From Halolamina sp. (GTDB lineage Archaea > Halobacteriota > Halobacteria > Halobacteriales > Haloferacaceae): a DNA stretch of 39,931 nt. The DNA lies in assembly GCA_042219375.1 (NCBI GenBank), contig JBDGQC010000001.1, positions 1,377 to 41,307 on the forward strand, written 5' to 3'. Each line of letters begins with the position of its first letter. The stretch's first letter is position 1. The translations under genes and the position numbers were made by a program. Under the pieces are notes generated by a model. It was not told where the DNA came from. It ran no database searches and saw only the letters and a list, made by a program, of their open reading frames with translations. This document shows positions 1-9,410 of this stretch, one piece after another.

Positions 1-2565
1 CACACGAACTTCGAGGTGAAACTCACCAAGACCGTCGCCACCGCCGACGCGCCGAACGCCACCGACGGCGTCGAGCAGGTGAACGCCCCTGACGCGTGGA
101 ACACGACCCGCGGCGAGGGCGCGTCCGTCGCCGTCCTCGACACCGGCGTCGACGGCAGCCACCCCGACATCAACGTCTCCAAGTTCGTTACCGTCGACGA
201 GAACGGCACCGTCAACCGGACGGAGCCGTTCGACACGGCCACCCACGGCACCCACGTGAGCGGGACCGTCGTCGGGGGGAACGCCTCCGGCGAGTACATC
301 GGCGTCGCCCCCGAGGCGGAGCTGCTGCACGCGCAGGTCATTGACGGCGACACGGGAAGTTTCGTCCGCGTCCTGGCCGGTCTTGAGTGGGCCGTCAACC
401 AGAGCGCCGACGTTACCGTGATGAGCCTCGGCGCCGACATCTACGCCGACGAGTTCATCGAGCCGGTCGAGAACGCCCGTGCGGCCGGCACGGTGGTCGT
501 CGCCTCCAGCGGGAACTACGGGCCGAACACGTCCGCAAGTCCCGGCAACGTCCCCGGCGTCCTCTCTGTCGGCGCCGTCGATGACGACGGTCGCGTCGCC
601 CCGTTCTCCAGCGGCGAAATCGTCAACGGGAGCGTCTGGGAGAACGGAACGTACGAGGACTACGTCGTCCCGACAGTCGTCGCGCCGGGCGTGAACGTCA
701 CCTCCTCGGCGTCCGGCGGCGGCTACGAACAGCTTTCCGGCACGTCGATGGCCGCCCCGCACGTCGGGGGCACGGTCGCGCTCGTTTTCGCGGCCGGCGA
801 GAACGTCTCCGTCTCCGAGGCTGAAGCCGCTGTCGTCGAGACGGCGCGAAAGCCCGACTTCGCCGACGCCGTGGACACGCGCTACGGGAACGGCGTAATC
901 GACGCCGAGGCCGCGGTCCGGCAGGTGTCCAACGGCACCGTCGCCGGCCAGGTCCTCGACAGCCAGGGCGACCCGGTCACCGGCGCGACAGTTTCGGTCG
1001 GCGGGGTAACGACCACGACGAACGCCACCGGCAGTTTCGAGGTCGCGACGCTCCCCGGCAGCCAGCCACTATCGGTCGACGCCGCCGGGTACGAGACCGA
1101 GACGCAGACGGTGACGGTGGCCGAGGGCGAGCGAACGACCGTCGAGGTGACCGCCACCGCGCCCGCGACGTACCACTTCGACCTCGCGGCCAACGAGTCG
1201 TACGCGATCGGGATTCCCGGCCCGGTGGAGGGGACCGTTGCCGAGGCGTTCTACACGAGCGACGGTGACACCCCCACGGGCGTCGTGTACGCCTACGACC
1301 GGGACGCGGACGAGTGGTACAGGCCGTCGGCCAACGCCTCGCTGTCGCAGTTCGACGCGCTCGCGGTGACCGTCGAGGAGGACGCCACCGCAGTCCTTCG
1401 GTTCAAGTCAGACGCCAACGGCACCGTAACGCCCGCGGATGTCGAACTCAAAACCGGGTGGAACTTCGTCGCGCCGCCCATGCGCGGCACGCCCACGGAG
1501 ATATTCGGCCTCGGCACCATCGAGCCGGCCCGCATCCTCGACACGCACGACGGGGCCCCGTCGGTGGCGGTTCACGGCGAGGATGTCACCGGCGCTGTCG
1601 AGTACGGCGCGGGCAATGACGAACTCTCACCATTCAACGGCTACTTCATCTACGCCGAAGAGAACGGCAGCGTCGCCGGCGCCACCTACGAGGGGATGAC
1701 CCGACCCGAGGCGAACACGAATCTCGAAATGAACACGACCACCGTCACCGGCACCGTCGTCGACAGCAACGGTACCCCCGTCGAAGGCGCGTCGGTGACG
1801 GTCGCGGGGACCGACCTCGGGGCGACGACCGGGCCGAACGGCACGTTCGAGGTGACGGGCGTCGCCGTCGACGCGACGGACGTCCCGCTCCGGGCGACCG
1901 CCCACGGCTACGGCAACGCGACGGCGACGGCCGACGCGGGCACCGACGTCGGTCAACTGCAACTCACTACCGGCTCAGACATCCAGGTGACCAACGCCTC
2001 CGTCGCCTACGTGAACGGCTCCTACGAGCTGACCGCAACCGTCGCGAACGCCGGCGACGTCGCCGGTGACCGCACCGTGAACCTCAGCGTCGACAGCCTG
2101 ACCGCCAGCGAGTCGATTATCGCGACCCGGAACGTCTCGCTGGAGAGCGGCGCCGAACGGACGCTCAGCTTCACGCTCAACGCGACGACCGTCTCCGAAG
2201 CCGCCTTCGGGACGGTGACGGCCGGCCAGTCATTCGCGACGGTCCGGCTCGGATCGGAGCTCACCGCGCCGAAGGTCCAGAACGCCAGTACTGTCGACAA
2301 TCAGACCATCGCCGTCACGTTCGACCGGCCTATCGACCTCGCGAAGGGTGACGCGTCCGGGATCAACGTCACCGTCGACGGCTTCGGGGTACAGGTTACC
2401 GCCAGCGCCGAGAACGAGACGCTGCTGCTGACCCTCGATGGACAGCTCGACGGCAACGAGACTGTGCGAGTGACGTACTCCGGCGAGGCGGGCAACATCG
2501 TCAGCGCAGACACCCGCACCGAGGCGGGGGCGTTCGAGGTCCGCGTCAGAAACACCGCCGGATAG
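1..2565 (+). CDS. Secreted S8 subtilisin-like serine protease with C-terminal beta-sandwich domains (two carboxypeptidase-regulatory-like repeats, CARDB-like, SwmB-like); 5' end lies outside the window
   Basis: Catalytic motifs VAVLDTG, HGTHVSG, SSGN and GTSMAAPHV. The frame is open from base 1 (HTNFEVK...), so signal peptide and propeptide are upstream. Repeats GQVLDSQGDPVTGATVSV and GTVVDSNGTPVEGASVTV; many N-x-S/T sequons. Confidence 0.9.
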   Translation, partial: HTNFEVKLTKTVATADAPNATDGVEQVNAPDAWNTTRGEGASVAVLDTGVDGSHPDINVSKFVTVDENGTVNRTEPFDTATHGTHVSGTVVGGNASGEYIGVAPEAELLHAQVIDGDTGSFVRVLAGLEWAVNQSADVTVMSLGADIYADEFIEPVENARAAGTVVVASSGNYGPNTSASPGNVPGVLSVGAVDDDGRVAPFSSGEIVNGSVWENGTYEDYVVPTVVAPGVNVTSSASGGGYEQLSGTSMAAPHVGGTVALVFAAGENVSVSEAEAAVVETARKPDFADAVDTRYGNGVIDAEAAVRQVSNGTVAGQVLDSQGDPVTGATVSVGGVTTTTNATGSFEVATLPGSQPLSVDAAGYETETQTVTVAEGERTTVEVTATAPATYHFDLAANESYAIGIPGPVEGTVAEAFYTSDGDTPTGVVYAYDRDADEWYRPSANASLSQFDALAVTVEEDATAVLRFKSDANGTVTPADVELKTGWNFVAPPMRGTPTEIFGLGTIEPARILDTHDGAPSVAVHGEDVTGAVEYGAGNDELSPFNGYFIYAEENGSVAGATYEGMTRPEANTNLEMNTTTVTGTVVDSNGTPVEGASVTVAGTDLGATTGPNGTFEVTGVAVDATDVPLRATAHGYGNATATADAGTDVGQLQLTTGSDIQVTNASVAYVNGSYELTATVANAGDVAGDRTVNLSVDSLTASESIIATRNVSLESGAERTLSFTLNATTVSEAAFGTVTAGQSFATVRLGSELTAPKVQNASTVDNQTIAVTFDRPIDLAKGDASGINVTVDGFGVQVTASAENETLLLTLDGQLDGNETVRVTYSGEAGNIVSADTRTEAGAFEVRVRNTAG

Positions 2566-2569
2566 ACCG

Positions 2570-3787
2570 ATGATCGAGACGACACACCCGCGGGTGCGAG
2601 CGCTCCTGGTAGGGGTGTTCGCGGCAACCGTCATCGCCGCCAGCGTGACCGGCGTGTTCGCCCTCGGCGTCGCCGCTCAGGGCCCGGACCCGGTCCCCGC
2701 CAGCTACTACGGGACCGTGACGGTGGACGGCGAACCCGCCGGTGCCGGTGTCACCGTGCAGGCCGTCATCGACGGCGAGGTCCGCGGCGAAATCACGACG
2801 GGGGACAACGGCTCCTTCGGCGGCGCCGGCATCGGCGAGGAGAAACTGACGGTGCGTGGCAGCACCGAGGAGGACGGCGAGGCGACGGTCCGGTTCCGCG
2901 TCAACGGCATGGAGGCAAACACCACGGTGACCTGGCAATCGAACGATGTCCGGGAACTCGATCTGGCCGTCAGTACCGCCGAAAGCGAGCCGGCTAATGG
3001 GACCAACCCCTCGAACCAGACGACTGCGACGCCGTCCACCGACGTGGAGTCCGGCGGTAGCGGTGGCGGCGGTGGCGGCGGTGACTCCGGGGAATCGTCG
3101 GCCGACATCAGTACGACTCACCTGGAGGACCAGGTGACGGTGATGTTCCGGGAGGTTCCCATGGGTGCCGAGATGAGCGTGGACCTCGGTGACACGGTAA
3201 CCGGAGCCGGCGTCAGCGTCACCCAACTCGACATCGCCATGAAGTTCGATGACCCCGGGTTCCGACTCGAAATCCTCCGGCCGACCGACGAACCCACCTC
3301 GGCGCCGCCGCTCGACGCAGCCGAGCCGGTGGCCTATCTGCAGGTCAACGCGGTCAACATCGACCAGGCCCGGCTCGACGAGGTGGCGTTCTCCTTCACC
3401 GTCAACGAGAGCGCCCTGCCCGCGGGTACGGACGCCGAGGATGTAGCGCTCTACCGGTACACCGACGGGGCCTGGCAACGGCTCGAAACCGACTACGTCG
3501 GCGGCGGCGAGTACGTCGCGACCTCCCCGGGGTTCTCGGAGTTCGCCATCGGCGTCGCTCCGGAGGACGAGACAGCGTCTGAATCGACGGATACGGCGAC
3601 GCCCGCCGATGCGACTGACCAGACGGAATCGCCCGCTGAAGCGACCGACCAGACGGCACCGCCCGCCGACGCGACCGAGGCGACGCCAACGCCGACGGAG
3701 ACCGACGTGCTGTTCCCGGGCTTCGGCGCACTAACCGCACTCGCCGCGCTGCTCGTGACTGCGCTGCTCGCCCGGCGTCGGCGCTGA
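2570..3787 (+). CDS. Cell-surface protein with PGF-pre-PGF domain and PGF-CTERM archaeosortase signal
   Basis: N-terminal signal peptide, SPGFSEFAIG motif, Thr/Pro-rich linker, C-terminal PGF + TM + RRRR (LFPGFGALTALAALLVTALLARRRR). Confidence 0.88.
   Translation: MIETTHPRVRALLVGVFAATVIAASVTGVFALGVAAQGPDPVPASYYGTVTVDGEPAGAGVTVQAVIDGEVRGEITTGDNGSFGGAGIGEEKLTVRGSTEEDGEATVRFRVNGMEANTTVTWQSNDVRELDLAVSTAESEPANGTNPSNQTTATPSTDVESGGSGGGGGGGDSGESSADISTTHLEDQVTVMFREVPMGAEMSVDLGDTVTGAGVSVTQLDIAMKFDDPGFRLEILRPTDEPTSAPPLDAAEPVAYLQVNAVNIDQARLDEVAFSFTVNESALPAGTDAEDVALYRYTDGAWQRLETDYVGGGEYVATSPGFSEFAIGVAPEDETASESTDTATPADATDQTESPAEATDQTAPPADATEATPTPTETDVLFPGFGALTALAALLVTALLARRRR
3601..3680 (+). repeat. Imperfect 30-bp tandem repeat (~2.6 units) in the linker of the PGF-CTERM gene
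   Basis: gcccgccgatgcgactgaccagacggaatc / gcccgctgaagcgaccgaccagacggcacc / gcccgccgacgcgaccgag, encoding PADATDQTES-PAEATDQTAP-PADATE. Confidence 0.75.
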
Positions 3788-3818
3788 CGCTCGGCGGCGA
3801 CCAGCGGTTGCCAAAACT

Positions 3819-4257
3819 GGACGAACCCTTTCGCCGCTCTCCGCCCACTCGACGGCCATGTCACGGAGTTCGTGCGACGCCATCGTCCTCGGTGTCGGTG
3901 GGATGGGAAGCGCGGCCGTCTATCACTCGCCAAGCGCGGCGTCGATGTGCTGGGTCTCAAGCAGTACGACATCACCCACACCCGAGGCTCCTCGCACGGC
4001 GATACGCGGATCTTCCGGCTGACGCAACCGGAACACCCCGAGTACGTCCCCCTCGCACAGCGGGCTGGTGAGCTGTGGCGGGAGCTGGAGGCCGAATCCG
4101 GCCGGACGATTCTCACCGAAACTGGCTCGGTACACGCTGGGCCGCCCGACGGCCCGAAGATGACCGACTCGCTCGAATCGTGTGAGGCCAACGGTGTCGA
4201 GCACGAACTGCTCACCGGTGCGGAGATCAACGCGCACTTCCCGGGCTATGAACTCCC
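3819..4257 (+). repeat. Left copy of a diverged direct repeat (solA upstream region + 5' gene); right copy is 16712-17152
   Basis: ggacgaaccctttcgccgctctccgccc vs ggacgaacgcttttcccgctctccgccg, then colinear coding homology with many synonymous changes. Confidence 0.88.
3858..4257 (+). pseudogene. solA: Truncated, frameshifted 5' fragment of a SolA/monomeric sarcosine oxidase family gene
   Basis: ATG at 3858 gives MSRSSCDAIVLGVGGMGSAAVY. A 1-nt deletion near 3925 (tatca-ctcgccaag vs taccaactcgccaag in the intact copy) shifts the frame. Homology to 16752-17152 stops abruptly after GYELP. Confidence 0.9.
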
Positions 4258-4389
4258 AAGTTCCTCCGCAATCGATCCTGGTCGGGCCTCTCCCGGTTCG
4301 AGGAGATAGCCGACGGCCTCCCGCGATGTCTCACGCCGAAAGAGTGCCGGGAATCGTCTCCCTCAGTAGTCGAATGAGGGATCGTAGTA
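4255..4389 (-). pseudogene. Internal fragment of a haloarchaeal ArsR-like (double winged-HTH) regulator
   Basis: Minus frame reads YYDPSFDY*GRRFPALFRRETSREAVGYLLEPGEARPGSIAEELG, matching from memory the THYY..x..W.RR.LALFRRET.R...YL.E.G...P..IA..LG pattern. In-frame TGA at 4363-4365. Not in the ORF track. Confidence 0.6.
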
Positions 4390-4426
4390 ATTATCCACGT
4401 GTTTGGAATGGTCGAGTACAGGGAAG

Positions 4427-4582
4427 TTAGAGATTCATTATGGCGACGGCCAATACTAAGACTGCATAAATACCGAGTATTGCGATCGCGATAGCAATAT
4501 AACGGATGATCTGGTTCTCGTCACCCGTTTCCTCTGCTTCGGCCCCAGGGATTCGATCGTTATAGAGATCGCTTTCCGGCAT
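4427..4582 (-). CDS. Small single-pass membrane protein (51 aa)
   Basis: ATG at 4582: acidic N-terminus MPESDLYNDRIPGAEAEETGDENQ followed by hydrophobic IIRYIAIAIAILGIYAVLVLAVAIMNL; divergent from tfb. Confidence 0.55.
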   Translation of the reverse strand: MPESDLYNDRIPGAEAEETGDENQIIRYIAIAIAILGIYAVLVLAVAIMNL

Positions 4583-4710
4583 TTTGCTACTATAGGGAGG
4601 AGGCGAGGACTGATAATAACCGGGCGGTTTCCCAGAAAGCGAGAGTCCGCCCCTATTATACACACCGTCAGAGCAAATATGCGAGTTATGACGGTATGGG
4701 AGGTGTGATC

Positions 4711-5685
4711 ATGGGTAATCCGGCAGAAAGTGTGACACAGAAGAGCGATGAACAAGAGAATTCTCAGCGAGATGTCGAAACTGGACAATGCTGTCCGGAA
4801 TGTGGGGGCAAACCGGTTTCTGCGGAAGACAGGGGTGAAGTCACGTGTGCCGAGTGCGGCTTGGTACTGAATCAGGACACGATAGACCGTGGTCCGGAGT
4901 GGCGGTCGTTCGAATCAGAAGAGAACCAGCAGCGATCCCGTGTCGGTGCCCCAGCCTCAAAACTCCTCCACGATGAAGGGTTACGCACGAACATCGGCTG
5001 GAACGACAAGGATGGATATGGGAAAGAACTCTCCGCGAAAAAGCGTCGCCGGATTCAGCGTCTTCGCACGTGGGACGAACGGTTTCGAACAAAAAATTCC
5101 CAAGAACGAAACCTCAGACAGGCACTGGGAGAGATTCAGCGGATGGCATCGGCGCTCGGACTTGCCGAATCGGTTCAGAAAACGGCAAGCATACTCTATC
5201 GTCGCGCGGTCAGTAAGGACTTGCTGAGAGGTCGCTCGATTGAGGGGATGTCAACCGCTTCTCTCTACGCCGCCGCTCGACAGCATGGGACTCCCCGCAC
5301 ACTCGGCGCGTTTGCGGGGGTGAGCCGCGTCGAAAAAGTGCGTTTCCAGCGGACCTACCGGTATCTCAATAGAGAACTGTCCCTCGAAGTTGAGCCTGAG
5401 GATCCCATCGAGTACCTTCCGCAGTTCGCCTCCTCTCTCGACCTGAGCACCGAATCTGAACGGCTGGCCGAGGAGTTACTCAAAACAGCTAAGCAACGGG
5501 GAGCACACAGCGGAAAAAGTCCTGCTGGGTTGGCAGGGGCAGCCCTGTATGCGGCTTCCCATCTGGCGAACGAACAGCTCACACAACAGACCGTAGCGGA
5601 CGCCGAAAGCGTGAGCAAGGTAACTATAAGAGACCGCTATCAGGAGCTATTAGAGATATACGCGGATTCGGGGCCTTCGGGCTGA
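4711..5685 (+). CDS. tfb: Transcription initiation factor IIB (TFB paralog)
   Basis: Zn ribbon CPEC...CAEC, IDRGPEWRSF, RSRVGAP, ERNLRQALGEIQRMASALGL, LLRGRSIEG, SGKSPAGLAGAALY, VTIRDRYQEL. SD-like GGAGGTG at 4699-4705 supports the start at 4711. Confidence 0.95.
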   Translation: MGNPAESVTQKSDEQENSQRDVETGQCCPECGGKPVSAEDRGEVTCAECGLVLNQDTIDRGPEWRSFESEENQQRSRVGAPASKLLHDEGLRTNIGWNDKDGYGKELSAKKRRRIQRLRTWDERFRTKNSQERNLRQALGEIQRMASALGLAESVQKTASILYRRAVSKDLLRGRSIEGMSTASLYAAARQHGTPRTLGAFAGVSRVEKVRFQRTYRYLNRELSLEVEPEDPIEYLPQFASSLDLSTESERLAEELLKTAKQRGAHSGKSPAGLAGAALYAASHLANEQLTQQTVADAESVSKVTIRDRYQELLEIYADSGPSG

Positions 5686-5767
5686 TTCACCGAATTCATA
5701 CGATGCGAACGATTACATGGCTACACTAACCCGAGGAACCGGCCACTTCGCCAAACAACCAACAGGA

Positions 5768-6142
5768 ATGCCACGAGACGATCCAGAACCCAGACAGGCC
5801 GAGCTTCAAGCAGTTCTGGACGTCTTGCAGGACCCGGACTGTCGAAATATCCTCCGAGAAACAGATGAACCCAAACGGGCGAACGAGTTGGCAGAAACCG
5901 TCGATATTCCAGAGTCGACACTCTATCGAAAGCTCAACCGACTCAGCAGCGTCGGTCTTCTGCACGAGCAGAATACAGTCCGCACCGATGGGGGACGTGT
6001 GAGCCATTATGTCTGTGATTTCGATAGCATCACGATCAGGGCCCACAGCACAGACGGGTTCACCTTACGTCTCGAAGGTGCAGTAGATGACGCCGAAGAG
6101 CGGCTTGCTGCAATCTGGTCGAAGATGGGTGATGAGCTATGA
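5768..6142 (+). CDS. Winged helix-turn-helix (ArsR/HTH_20-like) transcriptional regulator
   Basis: LQAVLDVLQDPDCRNIL...ANELAETVDIPESTLYRKLNRL and C-terminal ERLAAIWS, typical of a haloarchaeal family. Alternative start at 5717. Confidence 0.85.
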   Translation: MPRDDPEPRQAELQAVLDVLQDPDCRNILRETDEPKRANELAETVDIPESTLYRKLNRLSSVGLLHEQNTVRTDGGRVSHYVCDFDSITIRAHSTDGFTLRLEGAVDDAEERLAAIWSKMGDEL

Positions 6143-6417
6143 ACGTATTCGACGTGCTACTGATCACGATAAAGTCGATTATACTGGTTTTGGGGGGGAG
6201 CGTCACCGTCATCGCATTCAGAGCGTATCGACGGACGGCCGCAGAACCGTTGAAGATACTCGGGGTCGGATTCGGGGTGATTACTGTGGGTGCGCTCATT
6301 ACGGGTGTCGCGAACCAGTTCTACTCGCTCCCCCTCGATATCGGCGTACTGGTCAACAGCACGTTCGTCGCCGCCGGGCTCGCGATAATCCTGTACTCGC
6401 TCTACATTCAAGAATGA
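6139..6417 (+). CDS. Small 3-TM membrane protein, translationally coupled to the wHTH gene (DUF7521-like)
   Basis: ATGA overlap with upstream gene; KSIILVLGG..AFRAYRRT...GFG and ILYSLY patterns. Confidence 0.8.
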   Translation: MNVFDVLLITIKSIILVLGGSVTVIAFRAYRRTAAEPLKILGVGFGVITVGALITGVANQFYSLPLDIGVLVNSTFVAAGLAIILYSLYIQE

Positions 6418-6552
6418 GTTCCAGCACAACCACAGTAGGCCGATATCGGACTGAATTTCCCGAATCTCACGTAGTTACGGTAGCATACAAAGCAGCGGTT
6501 TCCCCGAACACATACAGCACGACTACGATCGCGGAACCAATACATTCGTAAA

Positions 6553-7935
6553 ATGAGACTCACAGATAGAACTGTATCAGGCGTAACGCTCGCGCGTGTG
6601 ACCGTTCTCGTCCTTGTTGTCGCCCTGGTTCTCCCAGTGGTCGCGTCGGCGTTCTCGTACGATCCCGCTACTCTCCAGAGCGGCACCGTGAAGCAGCCAG
6701 CGAACGGGACGACAGTCATCTCCGTACAGGGGTTCAAAATCGCTGGAGAGGACAGCGGGAAGAAACCGGCACGGCTCGTCGGCGTCGGCCCGAACGGGGA
6801 GCTAAAATGGGAGTACAACGGGAGCAAGAACGGTATCGTCTGGTTCTACGACGTCGACCCCCTGGACAACGGGACGCTCCTCATCACCGGCACGAAGCCT
6901 GGACAGACCGTCGTGTCGATCTGGAACCCGAAAACACGGGAAACGGAATGGTCCCGAACGTTCGACTGGGAAGACACCCACGACGTCGACTTGGTCAACG
7001 GAGACCAGTTGCTGGTCGCTAATATGCGGAACTACGACGGGATGACCGAGAAAAACAACGACCGGTTGCTCCTCTACGATATTTCCGATTCCGAGGTCGT
7101 TTGGGAGTGGAAGTTCCGGAATCACGGGTTCAACCGAAGCGGTGGCGGCGACTACACTGACGACTGGACACACGTCAATGACGTCGATAAGGTCGGTTCA
7201 GGCCAGTATATCGCGTCACCCCGGAACTTCGACCAGGTGATTCGCGTCAATCGGACGAGCAAGAGCGTCACGATGCAGGTGGGCTCGGACGAGAACCACT
7301 CCGTGATGTACGAACAGCACAACCCGCAGTTCTTGCGGGGGGAGAACGGGACGCCGACGATGCTCGTCGCCGACAGCGAGAACGACCGGATCGTCGAGTA
7401 CGCGAAAGTCGACGGCGACTGGCGACGGACGTGGACGCTGAGGGGGGAATTCAACTGGCCCCGCGATGCAGACCGCCTCCCGAACGGGAATACGCTGGTC
7501 ACGGACACGCTGAATCACAGGGTGATGGAGGTGACCCCAGAAGGCGAAGTCGTCTGGGAGTTCTACGCACCGTGGGGTACGTACGACGCGGAACGGGTCC
7601 GCTGGGGGGACGAGGCCGGTGGCCCGACAATCCGCGAGCAGAACGCAACGGGGGCCGTCACCTTATCAGGGAGTGAAAAACTGATGGGCGAACGTCAAAC
7701 GTTCTCACAATGGGTAGCCCAGAGCTTCGCCGGCACCCCCATAAGCGAGGAGGCAGCGTGGTTCGCAGCTCGGTGGTCGCACATCACACCGTGGATGCGG
7801 CCAGTATGGATGAGCTCGTGGGGGCTGGTCCGCTCACTTCTTGCCGGCCTTCTCACTATTGGCTGGTTGGTCGGTGAACTCACGCTCCGTCGGAATCGTG
7901 TTCGACGAAAGGCCGGACAGATTCTAAACCAATGA
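6553..7935 (+). CDS. Arylsulfotransferase (ASST)-like beta-propeller protein, membrane-anchored
   Basis: N-terminal TM, THDVD, DWTHVNDVD, EQHNPQ, WPRDADRLPNGNTLVTD, C-terminal TM followed by a basic tail. Confidence 0.8.
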   Translation: MRLTDRTVSGVTLARVTVLVLVVALVLPVVASAFSYDPATLQSGTVKQPANGTTVISVQGFKIAGEDSGKKPARLVGVGPNGELKWEYNGSKNGIVWFYDVDPLDNGTLLITGTKPGQTVVSIWNPKTRETEWSRTFDWEDTHDVDLVNGDQLLVANMRNYDGMTEKNNDRLLLYDISDSEVVWEWKFRNHGFNRSGGGDYTDDWTHVNDVDKVGSGQYIASPRNFDQVIRVNRTSKSVTMQVGSDENHSVMYEQHNPQFLRGENGTPTMLVADSENDRIVEYAKVDGDWRRTWTLRGEFNWPRDADRLPNGNTLVTDTLNHRVMEVTPEGEVVWEFYAPWGTYDAERVRWGDEAGGPTIREQNATGAVTLSGSEKLMGERQTFSQWVAQSFAGTPISEEAAWFAARWSHITPWMRPVWMSSWGLVRSLLAGLLTIGWLVGELTLRRNRVRRKAGQILNQ

Positions 7936-9410
7936 CTACAGAGATACTGAGAACGGACTTCGGCACCGAATTCAGAGCCCTGGAAGGAGAGAACAACCGT
8001 CCCTTCGTTGGGCCAGCAGCGCTTCAAGCCGTACTGAACGTAGGCCAGTATCTCGCGGTCGTGCTCATGCTGGTACTGCTTAGTGGACCTGTTCGTGCGC
8101 ACGGGGGATCACTCGGCGGGAGCGCGATGCGGTCGGCTTCGATCCCGACGTGGCTCACCATCGTGACCGGTGGGGCGATTGTCGCCGGCTCGTTCCTCTT
8201 CACGAGCCTCCTGACAGATGATGAGGCGGTTCGGTCGGTCAACGCACGGTCGCTTCTCCTTCCGCTTCCAGACCGCGAGCGTCTCGGTTCCGGCCTCGAA
8301 TCACTCGGGCGGGCAGTCGGGGTACTTCTCCTCCTTCTGGTCGTATACCGGGGCTTCGTAGGAGCGGCGACTCCGAGGCAGAACGCCGCGATTCTCGTCG
8401 TCTGGGTCGGTTGGTGGGCTGGCTACTCGATGACCACGTATCTCATCGGAAACACCTGGCCGGTGCTGAATCCGTGGCGAACGATCGCATCGTGGATTCC
8501 ATCACTCGGCCGCGGGGTTCCGAACAGGTTCGGGAAGTGGCCTGCCGTTGTCGGGCTCCTCGTACTCGTATACATCGAAGTGTTCGCGCCATTGGCCAGC
8601 GATTCTCAGCTACTCGCGATTACTGTGCTCGCGTACACTACTGTCACGATGATTGGCGCCGGGGTTGTCGGCGTCGATGAGTGGTTCGAACGTGTCGACC
8701 CACTCTCGGCAGTTTATCGAACGTACGGTCGGATGGCCCCCTTTCACCGAACTGAGGCGGGTATCGAGTTCCGGATCCCAGGTGCCCGTCTAACAGAAAT
8801 GCAGGACGCGGAATCAACGGATGGTGTCGCCCTCATTATTGCTCTCCTGTGGGCGACGTCGTACGACGGTATCGTGTCAACGGCGGCCTGGAATAGCGTG
8901 GCTCGGTTCTTCGGAACGCTCGGTATTCCACCGTTTCTGATTTATTTCCTTGCGCTGGTAACCGGGTTTCTCGTTTTCCTCGGGGCGTACAGATGGGCAG
9001 CGGCCAATGCACGAAGTCGAACCGAGACGCCCATTACTGAGCGATTCATCGAAGGGTGGTTCGCCCCGGCGCTCGTTCCGATTGCCGCCGGCTACCACGT
9101 TGCACACTTCCTCGCGTACTTCCTCGGACTTGCTCCCGCTCTAGCAGTAGCTCTCGCGAACCCGCTCGTCCCGGCCTCAACAGGGTATGTTCTCACAGTT
9201 CCGGGCTGGTTCGTCAACGTCCAGTTGTCGCTCATCATACTGGGCCATGTTTTGGGAGTATGGGTCGCTCATTCGCTCGGGCTCGAAATCTTCCCCGGAA
9301 AAATCCGAGCTATCGAGAGCCAGTACTCGTTCATCGCTGTCATGGTATTCTACACGATGACCAGCCTCTGGATCATCACAGCGCCGTACGTCCCCCCAGC
9401 ATACCTATGA
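7932..9410 (+). CDS. Conserved multi-pass membrane protein of unknown function
   Basis: ATGA coupling at both ends; about 11-12 hydrophobic segments; VRAHGG, WVGWWAG, GNTWPVLNPWR, TSYDG, PIAAGYHVAH, LGHVLG. Confidence 0.8.
   Translation: MTTEILRTDFGTEFRALEGENNRPFVGPAALQAVLNVGQYLAVVLMLVLLSGPVRAHGGSLGGSAMRSASIPTWLTIVTGGAIVAGSFLFTSLLTDDEAVRSVNARSLLLPLPDRERLGSGLESLGRAVGVLLLLLVVYRGFVGAATPRQNAAILVVWVGWWAGYSMTTYLIGNTWPVLNPWRTIASWIPSLGRGVPNRFGKWPAVVGLLVLVYIEVFAPLASDSQLLAITVLAYTTVTMIGAGVVGVDEWFERVDPLSAVYRTYGRMAPFHRTEAGIEFRIPGARLTEMQDAESTDGVALIIALLWATSYDGIVSTAAWNSVARFFGTLGIPPFLIYFLALVTGFLVFLGAYRWAAANARSRTETPITERFIEGWFAPALVPIAAGYHVAHFLAYFLGLAPALAVALANPLVPASTGYVLTVPGWFVNVQLSLIILGHVLGVWVAHSLGLEIFPGKIRAIESQYSFIAVMVFYTMTSLWIITAPYVPPAYL

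Noticed and set aside
9056-9406. N-terminal extension of the zinc-finger ORF
   Set aside because: Out-of-frame overlap with the membrane gene; the ATGA-coupled start at 9407 is more plausible.
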